A stretch of DNA of 59,412 nt from a virus. Its lineage: Duplodnaviria > Caudoviricetes. Shown here one piece after another: positions 29,811 to 39,697 of this stretch. The notes beneath the pieces are model-generated. The model was given only the letters and a program-made list of their open reading frames with translations, did not search any database and was not told the DNA's origin. The stretch lies in IMG/VR virus record IMGVR_UViG_3300032225_001111, positions 1 through 59,412 of that record, one strand, 5' to 3'. Numbering within the stretch: the first letter of the stretch is position 1; every line of letters starts with the position of its first letter. The translations under genes were made by a program, and so were the position numbers.

Positions 29811-30982
29811 AAATGACTTCAAACCTTCAAGGCGAGAATGTTGATGTTGCATCGCTAGAAGCGTTCCCGAACAACCCCCGTATAGGCGATCTTGGGACAA
29901 TAAAAGAAAGTCTGAGGCGTTTAGGTCAGTATCGTCCGATCGTTGTTCACAAAGGCACACGTCGAGTTTTAGCGGGGCATCATGTGTGGCAAGCGGTAAA
30001 AGATTTAGGTTGGGAAACCATTGCAGTTACATGGGTTGATGGCGATGAACAATTTTGCCGAAAAGTAGTGCTTGCGGATAATCGAACAGCCGATCTTGGC
30101 AGTTATCAAAACGACATCCTTGCAGACCTACTGCGCTCGCTTCCCGACTTGATCGCAACAGGTTATGACGCAATTCCACGCATGTTAGATAAAGAACTTT
30201 CATTCACGAAGCCCGCACCAAAAGAAGTCAAACCACGAAAGAAAGTTATTTGCGGCGGGTTCACATACAAAGTTGATCACCTTGCTTGGGAAATTTGGCA
30301 TGACAAAATCTTTGAAGAGTGCGGTGGACAAAAAGCAAAGATTCCTCGTCAGATCGGAAGTCGATTAGGCATTGAACTCACAACAAAAGCAAAGACACGC
30401 AAACTAGCCTTTTCTCCCGACCCAAAACTAGCGATTTTAGAAACTCAATCATTGCCTATTGATTCCGTTCACCCTTATTTCCTGAACGCTCGCGAAGGCG
30501 ACATTGGTGCAATTTGTGAAAGCCTTTCAACGTTAGGTCAATTTAGACCCATTATTGTCAACCGAAAAGATCGAGAAATACTGGTTGGTAACCATACATG
30601 GGCGGCGGCAAAAGCATTAGGGTGGAAATCGATCGCGGTCAGTTGGGTTGATGTTGACGCGGAAACTGCAACTCGAATTGTATTAGTCGATAATCGCACA
30701 ACCGATCTTGCTACATACGATGAGGCATTACTCAGACAAACAATGATCGATACTCGCGACCTTCAAGGAACAGGTTGGGATTCTGAGGACATGAACGATC
30801 TTTTCTCAGGATTAGAAACAAGAGCGAAAGCGACAAAACGCATCAAATTGAAAGTGGGACAGTATCTCGTACCAGTTGAATCCGAGAAATTACTTGAATG
30901 GATTGATCAATTGCCCGAAGGCAAAGAGATCGAACACATAGCAAACTTACTTTTGCTACCGATCTCAGAATTGCCAAACTAG
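29807..30982 (+). CDS. Protein with two tandem ParB/Srx N-terminal domains
   Basis: Two copies of N(P/A)R.GD...I.ESL..LGQ(Y/F)RPI.V...L.G.H.W.A.K.LGW...DNRT.DL. Confidence 0.85.
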   Translation: MKMTSNLQGENVDVASLEAFPNNPRIGDLGTIKESLRRLGQYRPIVVHKGTRRVLAGHHVWQAVKDLGWETIAVTWVDGDEQFCRKVVLADNRTADLGSYQNDILADLLRSLPDLIATGYDAIPRMLDKELSFTKPAPKEVKPRKKVICGGFTYKVDHLAWEIWHDKIFEECGGQKAKIPRQIGSRLGIELTTKAKTRKLAFSPDPKLAILETQSLPIDSVHPYFLNAREGDIGAICESLSTLGQFRPIIVNRKDREILVGNHTWAAAKALGWKSIAVSWVDVDAETATRIVLVDNRTTDLATYDEALLRQTMIDTRDLQGTGWDSEDMNDLFSGLETRAKATKRIKLKVGQYLVPVESEKLLEWIDQLPEGKEIEHIANLLLLPISELPN

Positions 30983-30996
30983 GGTAGGGTGAGATC

Positions 30997-31824
30997 ATGC
31001 GCATGACTTTTGCTTTGGGAACTTCACCTACACACTCTGCGATCATCAACGAAGTCAAGCCAAAAAACATTCTTGTTGCTTTCCCATACGCAAAAGCATT
31101 AGACACGTTGACTTACAAACCTGAGTATGTCATGACGGATTCAGGTGCGTTCACAGCATGGAACGTTGGAAAGCAAGTGGACATTGGTGCTTATGCAGAT
31201 TGGGCATTATCGCAAGCAAAGAAGTTTCCACGCGTGTTGTCAGTAAATCTTGACGTAATTCCGGGCGAGAAAGGTCGCACTTCAACTGAAAAAGAACGAA
31301 TTGAAGGCATGAAGCGATCGATCAAGAACGCGGATTATCTACGCGATCGCGGAATTGATGTTATGGAAGTTTTCCACCAAGACGAACCAAAAGAGTTTTT
31401 GAACGAGTTAGTTGATCGCCTTCCCAAAAATGGTGTTTTAGGCATTTCGCCTCGTAACGATAAGCATTTGAAAGCCAAAGTCGAATGGCAAGAAGTCGTT
31501 TTGAGCGCATTAGTTGAAAAATGCGGAAAAGATAAGTTGCCTCGAACGCATGGATTAGCGGTAACAAGTATTGAAATGTTGCGCAATTTTCCCTACTATT
31601 CTGGGGATTCGTCAACGTGGGTAAATCCTTTTCGTTATGGAGGCTACGTTGATGAACGCGGAAGAATTGTGGGAATTGACACGATCATGAGCAAGCGACC
31701 TAGCGGTAGCGAGTCAAATGATGCACTTCATTTCTTTGCAAGAGAAAGCATCTACAACCTAATACGAGTGGGCGATTCCATGACGAACTTATGGAGTAAG
31801 CGCGGAATCAATTGGAAGGACTGA
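30997..31824 (+). CDS. dpdA: DpdA-like DNA 7-deazaguanine transglycosylase (TGT fold)
   Basis: DSGAF, NLDVIPG, VFHQ, HGL and DSSTW motifs; adjacent to que genes. Confidence 0.75.
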   Translation: MRMTFALGTSPTHSAIINEVKPKNILVAFPYAKALDTLTYKPEYVMTDSGAFTAWNVGKQVDIGAYADWALSQAKKFPRVLSVNLDVIPGEKGRTSTEKERIEGMKRSIKNADYLRDRGIDVMEVFHQDEPKEFLNELVDRLPKNGVLGISPRNDKHLKAKVEWQEVVLSALVEKCGKDKLPRTHGLAVTSIEMLRNFPYYSGDSSTWVNPFRYGGYVDERGRIVGIDTIMSKRPSGSESNDALHFFARESIYNLIRVGDSMTNLWSKRGINWKD

Positions 31825-31825
31825 C

Positions 31826-32506
31826 ATGGCAAAAGCAACTCAATTAACTATCAAGCATTTACCGATCAATGAAATTGATCCGAATCCTTGGAATCCAAAT
31901 AAACAGAATGAACGTCAGTATCAAGCAGAGATCGAATCTATCTGCCAAAACGGATTTATTGCGCCTATTCTTGTTCGAGAGATCAATGATCGCCATGAAA
32001 TTATTGATGGTGAGCATCGCTGGAAAGCATTGCGTCAGATTGGCGAAGATGAAATTGAAGCAAAAGGCAATGTTCCTTCACTTGTTGAAGCAAAGACAAT
32101 TCCTTGCATTGTTTTGAATGTCAGCGAAACTGAGGCAAAGAAATTGACGATCATCATGAACGAAACTCGCGGTCGCGCTGACTTAGCCGACTTGGGCGGG
32201 TTGTTGCAAGAACTTTCAATTGACTTAGGCGATGATTTACTCACAGGATTGCCATACACAGAAGGACAACTCAAAGAACTTATGGGAATGTCTGACTTTG
32301 ACTGGGATCAATTTGAAAAAGGAGCGTCTGACAAAGAGTTTGATAATGCAGACGGCGATGGTTTCCGCGTGACAGCACTTCTCAATGAAGAAGATGAGGC
32401 ACGATGGAAAGGTTATCTAGCGCAAATGCGTGGCGACTTGCCCGATGAGCCTAGAGAGCAAGCGGGTGCGTTGATCGCGCACTTGATGAATAAAGCAGGA
32501 ATCTAA
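31826..32506 (+). CDS. ParB/Srx-domain protein
   Basis: PNPWNPN...GFIAPILVR...IIDGEHRW. Confidence 0.85.
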   Translation: MAKATQLTIKHLPINEIDPNPWNPNKQNERQYQAEIESICQNGFIAPILVREINDRHEIIDGEHRWKALRQIGEDEIEAKGNVPSLVEAKTIPCIVLNVSETEAKKLTIIMNETRGRADLADLGGLLQELSIDLGDDLLTGLPYTEGQLKELMGMSDFDWDQFEKGASDKEFDNADGDGFRVTALLNEEDEARWKGYLAQMRGDLPDEPREQAGALIAHLMNKAGI

Positions 32507-32552
32507 ACGAGGTATCTAGGAAAACCCTCATTACAAAAAACAGGAGAAGAAA

Positions 32553-32969
32553 ATGACAGAAACAAGCCAGTTGACCATTCTTGGTCAAAAAGTAGACGGG
32601 TCGCTAACAAAAGATCAGTTGGAGTTCTTTCCAGCCCCGAAACATGTTGATCACGTCAAGTTTGAAACACACGAATTTACAGCGTTGTGTCCAGTAACAA
32701 ACCAACCCGATCTCTACACCGTGATCATCGAATACTCGCCTAATGAGCGTTGCGTTGAGTCAAAATCACTAAAGTTGTATTTGATGCAATGGCGCAATGA
32801 AGGAATCTTTGGTGAAGCAATTACAGGACTGATCGCATCAGACCTATTTGAAGTGCTAGATGCACATTGGGTTGAAGTAAAAACAACACAGCAAGCGCGA
32901 GGCGGTTTGGTAATGACATCAATTGCCTCACGCTCAAAGGGATTAGACAAGGAGTATTCAATTGGCTAA
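32553..32969 (+). CDS. queF: preQ0 reductase QueF (unimodular)
   Basis: EFTALCPVTNQPD, QueF motif ESKSLKLY, RGG. Confidence 0.92.
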   Translation: MTETSQLTILGQKVDGSLTKDQLEFFPAPKHVDHVKFETHEFTALCPVTNQPDLYTVIIEYSPNERCVESKSLKLYLMQWRNEGIFGEAITGLIASDLFEVLDAHWVEVKTTQQARGGLVMTSIASRSKGLDKEYSIG

Positions 32970-33675
32970 AGCAGCAGTTGTCGCATCAGGCGGCATGGAT
33001 AGCGCAACACTCGCATGGCATTATCATCGACAAGGCATGGACGTTCATCTAATTGGGTTCAATTATGGTCAGCGTCATGCTAAGGAATTAGATTTCTTGC
33101 AGATTATTGCGCAGAAGATCAACGCAGATTTTACGATCGTAGACATGGGCTTTATGTCCGATTTGTTACATGGTTCGGCATTGACAGCAGAAGGCGGCGA
33201 AGTGCCTGATGGTCACTATCGAGAAGAAACAATGCGTCAAACTGTTGTGCCTAACCGAAATGCAATCATGCTTTCAATTGCAACAGGCATTGCTGTGGCA
33301 GAAGGTTGTGAACTCGTTGCAACAGGCATCCATTCAGGCGATCACTACATCTACCCTGACTGCCGACCACAATTCTTTGAACCTCTACAAGCGGCGTTCA
33401 AGGCTGGAACAGAAGGACACGCACACCCTGACTTCCGACTTGAAGCACCATTTATCCAAAAGACAAAAGCAGACATTGCGGCTTACGGACATGAATTACA
33501 CGTTGACTATGCAAACACATGGTCATGTTACAAGGGCGGCGAAGTTCATTGCGGTCGTTGTGGAACATGCGTTGAGCGAATTGAAGCATTTATCGATGCA
33601 AAGGTTGACGATCCAACAGTCTATGCAGATGGAATTGAGTTCGCACTCGAAGAAATTGAAAAGCGACGTGTTTAG
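32962..33675 (+). CDS. queC: 7-cyano-7-deazaguanine synthase
   Basis: SGGMDS, YGQRH, VPNRN, YPDCR, TWSCY..G..HCGRCGTC. Confidence 0.95.
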   Translation: MAKAAVVASGGMDSATLAWHYHRQGMDVHLIGFNYGQRHAKELDFLQIIAQKINADFTIVDMGFMSDLLHGSALTAEGGEVPDGHYREETMRQTVVPNRNAIMLSIATGIAVAEGCELVATGIHSGDHYIYPDCRPQFFEPLQAAFKAGTEGHAHPDFRLEAPFIQKTKADIAAYGHELHVDYANTWSCYKGGEVHCGRCGTCVERIEAFIDAKVDDPTVYADGIEFALEEIEKRRV

Positions 33676-34111
33676 ATCAACCAAGCGGTATGGTCATGAA
33701 GTCGGGTTTAGTTGTGCGTTCCGTCAATGGAAAGCCGATTCACATTGCAACTTGCTTCATGGCTATGCGCTCGCTTTCACATTCACTTTTGAGGCGACCG
33801 AACTTGATCATCGCAATTGGGTAGTTGATTTTGGCGGTTTGAAGGCATTGAAAAACATGCTGGAAAAGACGTATGATCACAAAGTAGTTGTAGCAGAAGA
33901 TGATCCTTACTTATTTGAATTCCAGAACCTTGATCGATTAGGTGTTCTAGAGTTAGTCACGCTACCAAAAACAGGTTGCGAACAGTTTGCCGCCCACGCC
34001 TACGAACTTGCAATGGCGGTTTTGAAACGTGACGGATTCTACCCGCGTTGTCGAGTTGTGAAAGTAGAGGTAGCAGAACATGGCGCAAATTCTGCAATTT
34101 ACATTCCATGA
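33668..34111 (+). CDS. queD: 6-carboxytetrahydropterin synthase
   Basis: GTG start 33668; HCNLLHGY, WVVDFG.LK, DH and E..A motifs. Confidence 0.9.
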   Translation: MFRSTKRYGHEVGFSCAFRQWKADSHCNLLHGYALAFTFTFEATELDHRNWVVDFGGLKALKNMLEKTYDHKVVVAEDDPYLFEFQNLDRLGVLELVTLPKTGCEQFAAHAYELAMAVLKRDGFYPRCRVVKVEVAEHGANSAIYIP

Positions 34112-34827
34112 CCGATGTTGAAACGAGTAAAGAACGCTGGGTCAACCTAAATGAAATTTTCGGTCCTACAATTCAAGGCGAGGGCATACATACAGGGCAA
34201 CGGGTCGGATTCGTTCGACTAGCGGGTTGCAACCTTGCATGCTCATGGTGTGACACGCCTTATTCATGGGACTGGGATAGGTTCGATCGTAAAGAGGAAT
34301 CCCATAAGACATTAGTTGCCGACCTTGCTAATTTGATCAAAGCAATGGAAGTCGATCGCATCATCGTGACAGGTGGTGAACCCATGTTGCAACAAACAGC
34401 ACTTTGGGACTTGAAGGCATCGATCGGGAACATAGACATCGACGTTGAAACAAACGGCACGATTCTTCCCAACATCAAGACGATCAATGCGGTAGACATG
34501 TTCTGCGTAAGCCCAAAACTTGCTCATGGTGGCGATTTACTAGAGGTGCGTCGAACAAAAGCATTGGAGTCATTTGCCTACCTTGCAGGTGAGGACAGGG
34601 CAATTTTCAAGTTTGTTTGCCAATGGGTAAGCGATTTTGATGAAATCGAAGAAATCATTACTCAATTCAAAATCCCACGCAAGGCAGTATGGATTATGCC
34701 CGAAGGAACGTCACAACTTGCACAGATGGAAGTCATGAACAGGCTTGCCGATGAAGCGATCACTCGCGGTTGGAACATCTCGCCTAGACTCCATGTGCTT
34801 ATTTGGAATACAGAAAGGGCTCGCTAA
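34108..34827 (+). CDS. queE: 7-carboxy-7-deazaguanine synthase (radical SAM)
   Basis: TIQGEG, FVRLAGCNLACSWCDT, TGGEP, ETNG, VSPK. Confidence 0.95.
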   Translation: MTDVETSKERWVNLNEIFGPTIQGEGIHTGQRVGFVRLAGCNLACSWCDTPYSWDWDRFDRKEESHKTLVADLANLIKAMEVDRIIVTGGEPMLQQTALWDLKASIGNIDIDVETNGTILPNIKTINAVDMFCVSPKLAHGGDLLEVRRTKALESFAYLAGEDRAIFKFVCQWVSDFDEIEEIITQFKIPRKAVWIMPEGTSQLAQMEVMNRLADEAITRGWNISPRLHVLIWNTERAR

Positions 34828-35385
34828 ATGGCGGTTGACATAAAAAGGGTTGAAGAACTGACGCGTGAACTATTGATCGCAATAGGTGAAGACCCTGATC
34901 GAGAAGGAATTATTGATACTCCTAAGCGGTATGCAAAGTGGTGGAAAGAGTTTATGGATTATGACGCAGGGAAGGTCGAAACTGCGTTCGAAATCAAAGA
35001 CAGCGATCAAATGGTTGCGGTTACTGGCATGAAGGTGTGGTCGCTTTGTGAACATCATCTACTGCCGTTTAGTGCTACTGTCAGCATTGGATACATTCCA
35101 AACGATCGAGTGTTAGGACTTTCAAAATTTGCCCGTATTGCTCATGAACAGGCGCACCAACTTCAATTGCAAGAACGCCTTGTAACAGACATTGCTAATC
35201 GTCTAAGTATGATCATGAATACCGAAGACATTGCTGTTGTTGCAGACGGCTCACACTCTTGCATGACAATGAGAGGCGTTCGAACAGAGGGAAGTATGAG
35301 AACATCAGTTATGCGAGGCGTGTTCCGCGATGAACATGAAACGCGTAGTGAGTTCCTCAATCTTGTTTCTAATCAACGAAACTAA
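34828..35385 (+). CDS. folE: GTP cyclohydrolase I
   Basis: TPKR, SLCEHHLLPF, GLSKFAR, QLQERL, HSCMTMRG. Confidence 0.95.
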   Translation: MAVDIKRVEELTRELLIAIGEDPDREGIIDTPKRYAKWWKEFMDYDAGKVETAFEIKDSDQMVAVTGMKVWSLCEHHLLPFSATVSIGYIPNDRVLGLSKFARIAHEQAHQLQLQERLVTDIANRLSMIMNTEDIAVVADGSHSCMTMRGVRTEGSMRTSVMRGVFRDEHETRSEFLNLVSNQRN

Positions 35386-35403
35386 ACAGGGGTAGTATTA
35401 GGC

Positions 35404-35910
35404 ATGGCAAAACGCGGTCGCAAAGTCATTCCTCTCGACGATCCACGAGTCGGGCGGTTGATCGAGGCATTACAGGCGGGCAATTACATTGAGCATGCTT
35501 GTGACTTTGCGGGCGTAGGCAAGTCAACTGTCTATCGATGGCTCGATCGAGGGCAACAGGAACACGAAAACATCGAACAAGGCTTGAAACCTACACGCTC
35601 AGAAACACCATACTTGGAGTTATGGGACGCTATAAAAAAAGCAAGGGGTGAGGCATTGGTTCGAAATGTCGCTGTGATCAATACGGCGGCTAGAGGTGGG
35701 ACATGGCAAGCGGCGGCATGGTGGCTTGAAAGAACCGCGCCTCAACAGTTTGGTCGAACATTGAAAACAGAGGTCACAGGCGAAGGTGGTAAGCCTATTG
35801 AGATGTCCGTGACTGTAGGCGCATTAGAGGCAAAGATTGCGGCATTGATCGGAGAGGTGGTGGTTGAAAATGAGTCAAGCGATTCAGAAGTTGTTGACGC
35901 TATCGAGTGA
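35404..35910 (+). CDS. Terminase small subunit
   Basis: HTH (ACDFAGVGKSTVYRW), WQAAAWWLER; directly upstream of TerL. Confidence 0.8.
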   Translation: MAKRGRKVIPLDDPRVGRLIEALQAGNYIEHACDFAGVGKSTVYRWLDRGQQEHENIEQGLKPTRSETPYLELWDAIKKARGEALVRNVAVINTAARGGTWQAAAWWLERTAPQQFGRTLKTEVTGEGGKPIEMSVTVGALEAKIAALIGEVVVENESSDSEVVDAIE

Positions 35911-37477
35911 TCAACGCACCGAAATACTCAAACGCCTTTCATTCGAGGAACGTGAACTTCTAAGCACATTCATTGAACAGAAAGTTTCAAACTCCTACGG
36001 CAAGTATGAAGATGATCCCGTTGGATTCGTTCAAAACGCATTAGGCGAAACCCTATGGTCAAAGCAGAAAGAGATTCTAAACTCCTTGCGCGAGAACAAA
36101 AGAACAGTCGTTCCCGCATGCCACGCCCCCGGAAAATCCCACATAGCCGCCCGAGCGATCGCATGGTGGGTTGCTGTTCACCCTGTTGGCACAGCGCAGG
36201 TTGTAACGACAGCGACAACGTTTAGACAGGTTCGAAACATCTTATGGCCTCACATTCGTAAAGTGGCAAAGAAACTTGACATCGATGGCGAAGTGAACAC
36301 AGTTGAGTGGAAGATCAATGGGGAAATGGTTGCCTATGGTTTCTCGGCTGGCGATAATGATGAAACAGCGATTCAGGGTATTCACGCACCGCACTTATTG
36401 GTCGTTGTTGATGAGGCAGGTGGAATCTCGCCCGTATTAGGCGCGGCGTTGGAATCACTCATGACTGGTGGTCACACTCGTTTATTGATTCTAGGAAACC
36501 CACCTACGGATTCAGAAGGATCATGGTTCGAACGCGCTTGTTCATCTGATTTATACAACGTCATTCCGATCGGTGCTTATGACACCCCAAACTTCACAGG
36601 CGAAGACGCGGGATCGTGTAAATCATGCCCCGCAAACGTCACCCCTCACCCTGTTGCTCAACACTTGGTTGATCAAACATGGGTAGACGACGTGATCAGA
36701 GAATTTGGTGAGGAATCTGCGTTCGTTGAAGCGCGTGTTCATGCACGATTTCCGTCAATTGTTGCAAACAAAGTTATCCCCCTTTCATGGATCGAGGCGA
36801 GCGCAGAAAATGAACTTCCAGAACAAGGTGCGATTAGATTGGGCGTTGACATTGCGGCAGATGGCGGAGACGAGTTTGTGGTCGCGTGGGCAGATGGCAT
36901 GCGTTGTTCAATTCGCCACAAGTCAAGCGGAAAGGCAAACGCCAACGCCGTTGATGTCGCAGGAGTTATCCTCACTCAAATACTCGAAGCGGAGCGAGTT
37001 CATAAATCACGACAGATAGACGAACAAGTGCGAGTCAAAATTGACTCTATTGGCGTAGGTTGGGGCGTATCGTCGATCCTCAAAGCATGGGGTCAAGAAC
37101 AAAGGCATGGGGCAAAGATCGTTGCGGTCAATGTTGCCGAACGTGCTGGTGATCATAACCGCCTTGCTAATCAACGCGCCGAGATGTGGTGGAATGGTCG
37201 AACATTGCTACAACCACGACCTGATAACACGCAAGATGTCCGATTAGACGTTGATCATCGAACAAATGCACAAATGACAGGACCGACTTATTCAAGCGAC
37301 TCAGCAGGTCGCATCAAGATCGAGTCAAAGGCTGAAATGAAGCGACGCGGTATTCCTTCCCCCGATCGTGCAGAAGCCGTATTACTCGCCCTTTATGATC
37401 CCCCAGGTTCTACAACGCCTGATGCTGTTATGCCTATCTCGTTCAAGCAAGGCAATGAATGGGACATGCGTTTCTAA
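35870..37477 (+). CDS. Terminase large subunit
   Basis: HAPGKS Walker A, VVVDEA Walker B, GNP, LGVDIA and SPDRAEA nuclease motifs. Confidence 0.92.
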   Translation: MSQAIQKLLTLSSDQRTEILKRLSFEERELLSTFIEQKVSNSYGKYEDDPVGFVQNALGETLWSKQKEILNSLRENKRTVVPACHAPGKSHIAARAIAWWVAVHPVGTAQVVTTATTFRQVRNILWPHIRKVAKKLDIDGEVNTVEWKINGEMVAYGFSAGDNDETAIQGIHAPHLLVVVDEAGGISPVLGAALESLMTGGHTRLLILGNPPTDSEGSWFERACSSDLYNVIPIGAYDTPNFTGEDAGSCKSCPANVTPHPVAQHLVDQTWVDDVIREFGEESAFVEARVHARFPSIVANKVIPLSWIEASAENELPEQGAIRLGVDIAADGGDEFVVAWADGMRCSIRHKSSGKANANAVDVAGVILTQILEAERVHKSRQIDEQVRVKIDSIGVGWGVSSILKAWGQEQRHGAKIVAVNVAERAGDHNRLANQRAEMWWNGRTLLQPRPDNTQDVRLDVDHRTNAQMTGPTYSSDSAGRIKIESKAEMKRRGIPSPDRAEAVLLALYDPPGSTTPDAVMPISFKQGNEWDMRF

Positions 37478-37495
37478 AATAATTTGTTTCAATGA

Positions 37496-37524
37496 TTGAA
37501 ATGTTGCACAACGGGCGTTATGCT
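37496..37524 (+). promoter_or_regulatory. Repeated promoter family member
   Basis: TTGAAA-N17-TATGCT containing AAC-GGGC-GTT. Confidence 0.6.
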
Positions 37525-37554
37525 TTGCGAAACCTAACCACGAGGGAGTAACAA

Positions 37555-37848
37555 ATGGCACAAGGAAACATCATTGAATTGAAACTACCTGATGATCATG
37601 CACTTGATTACTGGAAGTTCTTTCTTGAAGATCAAAAAACAAACATAATCAAAGCAGACGACTTTCGATTTGTCTTTCATGCTGATCGCGACTTAGCATC
37701 TGAACGAGTCAAGATGATCACTCATGGAAATCGAACATTGACAGATGAGATGTGGGCTGAAATCAAGCAAAACATCAACCAAGATCAAATTGATCAGATA
37801 ATCACCGACATGATGAACGACGCTATCCATAGGTCGTTGCTTTACTAA
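37555..37848 (+). CDS. Hypothetical protein
   Basis: AACCACGAGGGAG motif and RBS. Confidence 0.7.
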   Translation: MAQGNIIELKLPDDHALDYWKFFLEDQKTNIIKADDFRFVFHADRDLASERVKMITHGNRTLTDEMWAEIKQNINQDQIDQIITDMMNDAIHRSLLY

Positions 37849-38151
37849 TGATCATCTACATCATTCTTATTTGGATCGCCGTCATTGACACCATAGGCAT
37901 CGGTTTAGGCATCTATGGGTATGGTTCGGCAAAAGGTTGGTGGAAATGAGTAACGTTTCTTTATTGACCAAATGGTATGCAATGGGCGTTGAAGGCAATG
38001 GAACGCCTTGGCTTGAAACATTCCTAGCATCTGATCGTAAAGATCGAGCCTATGAAGTGTTACAAGAATTGGTCAAAGATAAACCACGATGCACAGTAAT
38101 TGCTTTGGAAAAGACGAAGTAGACACGTCATTTCCTTCTCGGGGCAGAAAG

Positions 38152-38185
38152 GCGCGGTAATCCTTTTACGCGGGGATTACCGCGC
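38152..38185. terminator. Hairpin between convergent genes
   Basis: GCGCGGTAATCC/GGATTACCGCGC stem. Confidence 0.55.
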
Positions 38186-38969
38186 TTGCCAATTTGTTTG
38201 ATCGTTTCTCATCTCGATCATGTTGCATGCCACCGAATGTCTTACCAGCCATCTTCTTCTTGAAGTGAGCAATGTTATTCGCAACGATTCCCACCTTGTT
38301 TGATGGCATCAATGCGGCGAGTATGTCTGATTCTTCCTGATCGGTATAACCTGATTCAACAAGTTCTTCCATTGTCGGGAATACCTCTGCATGACGATCG
38401 ACTTCAACATCGATCAAATGATCTTGCTTACCGCCCATTGAGTAAATGAGTATGAAGTTGTCAGGAAACCCTAAATACTCCTTAGTCATTGCAACCTCTT
38501 TGGTGTAAGCGTAAAACAACAAATGCTGGTTCTTATTCGCAATGTCTAACCATGCGTCGAAATACTCTTTGCTAAAGAAATCACCTGAGTCATGGATTCG
38601 AATTGCTTTACCGCCGTTATCAGCCCATAACTTCTGCCAATTCGTGAAATTGCGTTGATCGAGTAATGTATAAAAGCGAGCAAGTTTGCCAGTTGGTGCA
38701 TACCGCTTATGTCTAAGTTCTTCGATCATGGCAAGTTTCCAACCGATCAAATCATTCTTGACCCATTCAAGGTTTCTCATGTGCGCACCCTTGACGTTAG
38801 AGAACAGATAAGTGCCGTTTCGGGCATAGCAGACAGTCGCACAAGCACCAGCATTGGGGCAAACATTCATGTTCGTTCCGTCAGTCAAAGTGACAGCGAA
38901 CGCAGGTAGTGTCCAGTTGAAGATTCCATCAGCGCGGAGTTCAGAGTTTTGTCGTAGAAGTGTGGTCAT
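38166..38969 (-). CDS. Gp88-like protein (radical-SAM-related Cys motif)
   Basis: CPNAGACATVCYA, RIHDSGDFFS, YAYTK; leaderless TACGAT-N6-ATG. Confidence 0.8.
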   Translation of the reverse strand: MTTLLRQNSELRADGIFNWTLPAFAVTLTDGTNMNVCPNAGACATVCYARNGTYLFSNVKGAHMRNLEWVKNDLIGWKLAMIEELRHKRYAPTGKLARFYTLLDQRNFTNWQKLWADNGGKAIRIHDSGDFFSKEYFDAWLDIANKNQHLLFYAYTKEVAMTKEYLGFPDNFILIYSMGGKQDHLIDVEVDRHAEVFPTMEELVESGYTDQEESDILAALMPSNKVGIVANNIAHFKKKMAGKTFGGMQHDRDEKRSNKLASAVIPA

Positions 38970-39027
38970 AGGTTGATCGTATAACCCAACACGCCAAAAA
39001 GAAATACCAACATCTTACTTATTTGAG

Positions 39028-39056
39028 TTGCAACTAAACGGGGGTTATGTCATAAT
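39028..39056 (+). promoter_or_regulatory. Repeated sigma70-type promoter
   Basis: TTGCAA-N17-CATAAT with TGn extension; spacer CTAAACGGGGGTTATGT. Confidence 0.8.
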
Positions 39057-39091
39057 TCATTTGTAAGGACATCAACCACGAAGGAGTCAAA

Positions 39092-39484
39092 ATGAAACAA
39101 GAAGTAATCAATCAAGCAAATGTCTTCGCTAATGAGGCAACAAAGGTGGTTTTTCAACCTGCATGGGGCGCACAATACAAAGCGGAGTATAAGGCGATCG
39201 CAAAGCGCAAGTATGTAGTGATCATGAGTGAGAACGAGCAAGTTGATTATGGTCGCGAAAAAGGTTGGGAATTCTACGGACGCGGTGGAGTTGTTGCTTT
39301 CATCGATGGTGAAACAGGCGATGTCTTCAAGCCAGAAGGTTACAACCAGCCAGCAAAGACAAGACGCTACAACGTGTTAGAAAACCTTGATCAAATGATC
39401 GAGAACTTCAAAGTTGGCGGTAACAATGGTGGGTTCATGTATCAGGACTTCAAAAACGTCAAAATCGAACGAAAGGCGGCATGA
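39092..39484 (+). CDS. Hypothetical protein
   Basis: AAGGAG RBS; VAFID..TGDVFKP.....PAK..RYN motif. Confidence 0.75.
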   Translation: MKQEVINQANVFANEATKVVFQPAWGAQYKAEYKAIAKRKYVVIMSENEQVDYGREKGWEFYGRGGVVAFIDGETGDVFKPEGYNQPAKTRRYNVLENLDQMIENFKVGGNNGGFMYQDFKNVKIERKAA

Positions 39485-39648
39485 TCATGGCAGTCGACTT
39501 AGAGGAAATCTTCATTGTTGGGTGCGTTTATGACTGTGGAGCAAAAGAACGTTTCTATGACTCAGCAGAGTATGAAGTTTATGGAGATGACTGGGTATGC
39601 GATAAGTGCAAAGCGAAACACGTTGTTACTGAATTGAGTTGCAACTAA
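39481..39648 (+). CDS. Small Cys-rich protein (not in ORF track)
   Basis: CVYDCG...WVCDKC; ATGA overlap. Confidence 0.55.
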   Translation: MIMAVDLEEIFIVGCVYDCGAKERFYDSAEYEVYGDDWVCDKCKAKHVVTELSCN

Positions 39649-39667
39649 ACCCCCGTTATGTCATAAT
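39639..39667 (+). promoter_or_regulatory. Repeated sigma70-type promoter
   Basis: TTGCAA-N17-CATAAT; spacer CTAAACCCCCGTTATGT. Confidence 0.8.
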
Positions 39668-39697
39668 TTACATGTAGGACAAACGAAAGGAAAGAAA

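Noticed and set aside
29807-32506. ParABS plasmid-prophage partition system
   Set aside because: No ParA ATPase, parS repeats or replication initiator were seen
32553-32969. QueF-like amidinotransferase (archaeosine, dG+)
   Set aside because: The NADPH-binding QueF motif is intact and QueC has no glutamine amidotransferase fusion, so preQ1 is more likely
33209-33667. 300-aa QueD with a long N-terminal extension
   Set aside because: The extension is an alternative frame over queC; the QueD motifs start at GTG 33668
39036-39049. Canonical LexA SOS box
   Set aside because: The AAC-N4-GTT core is present but the conserved GAAC/GTTC flanks are not
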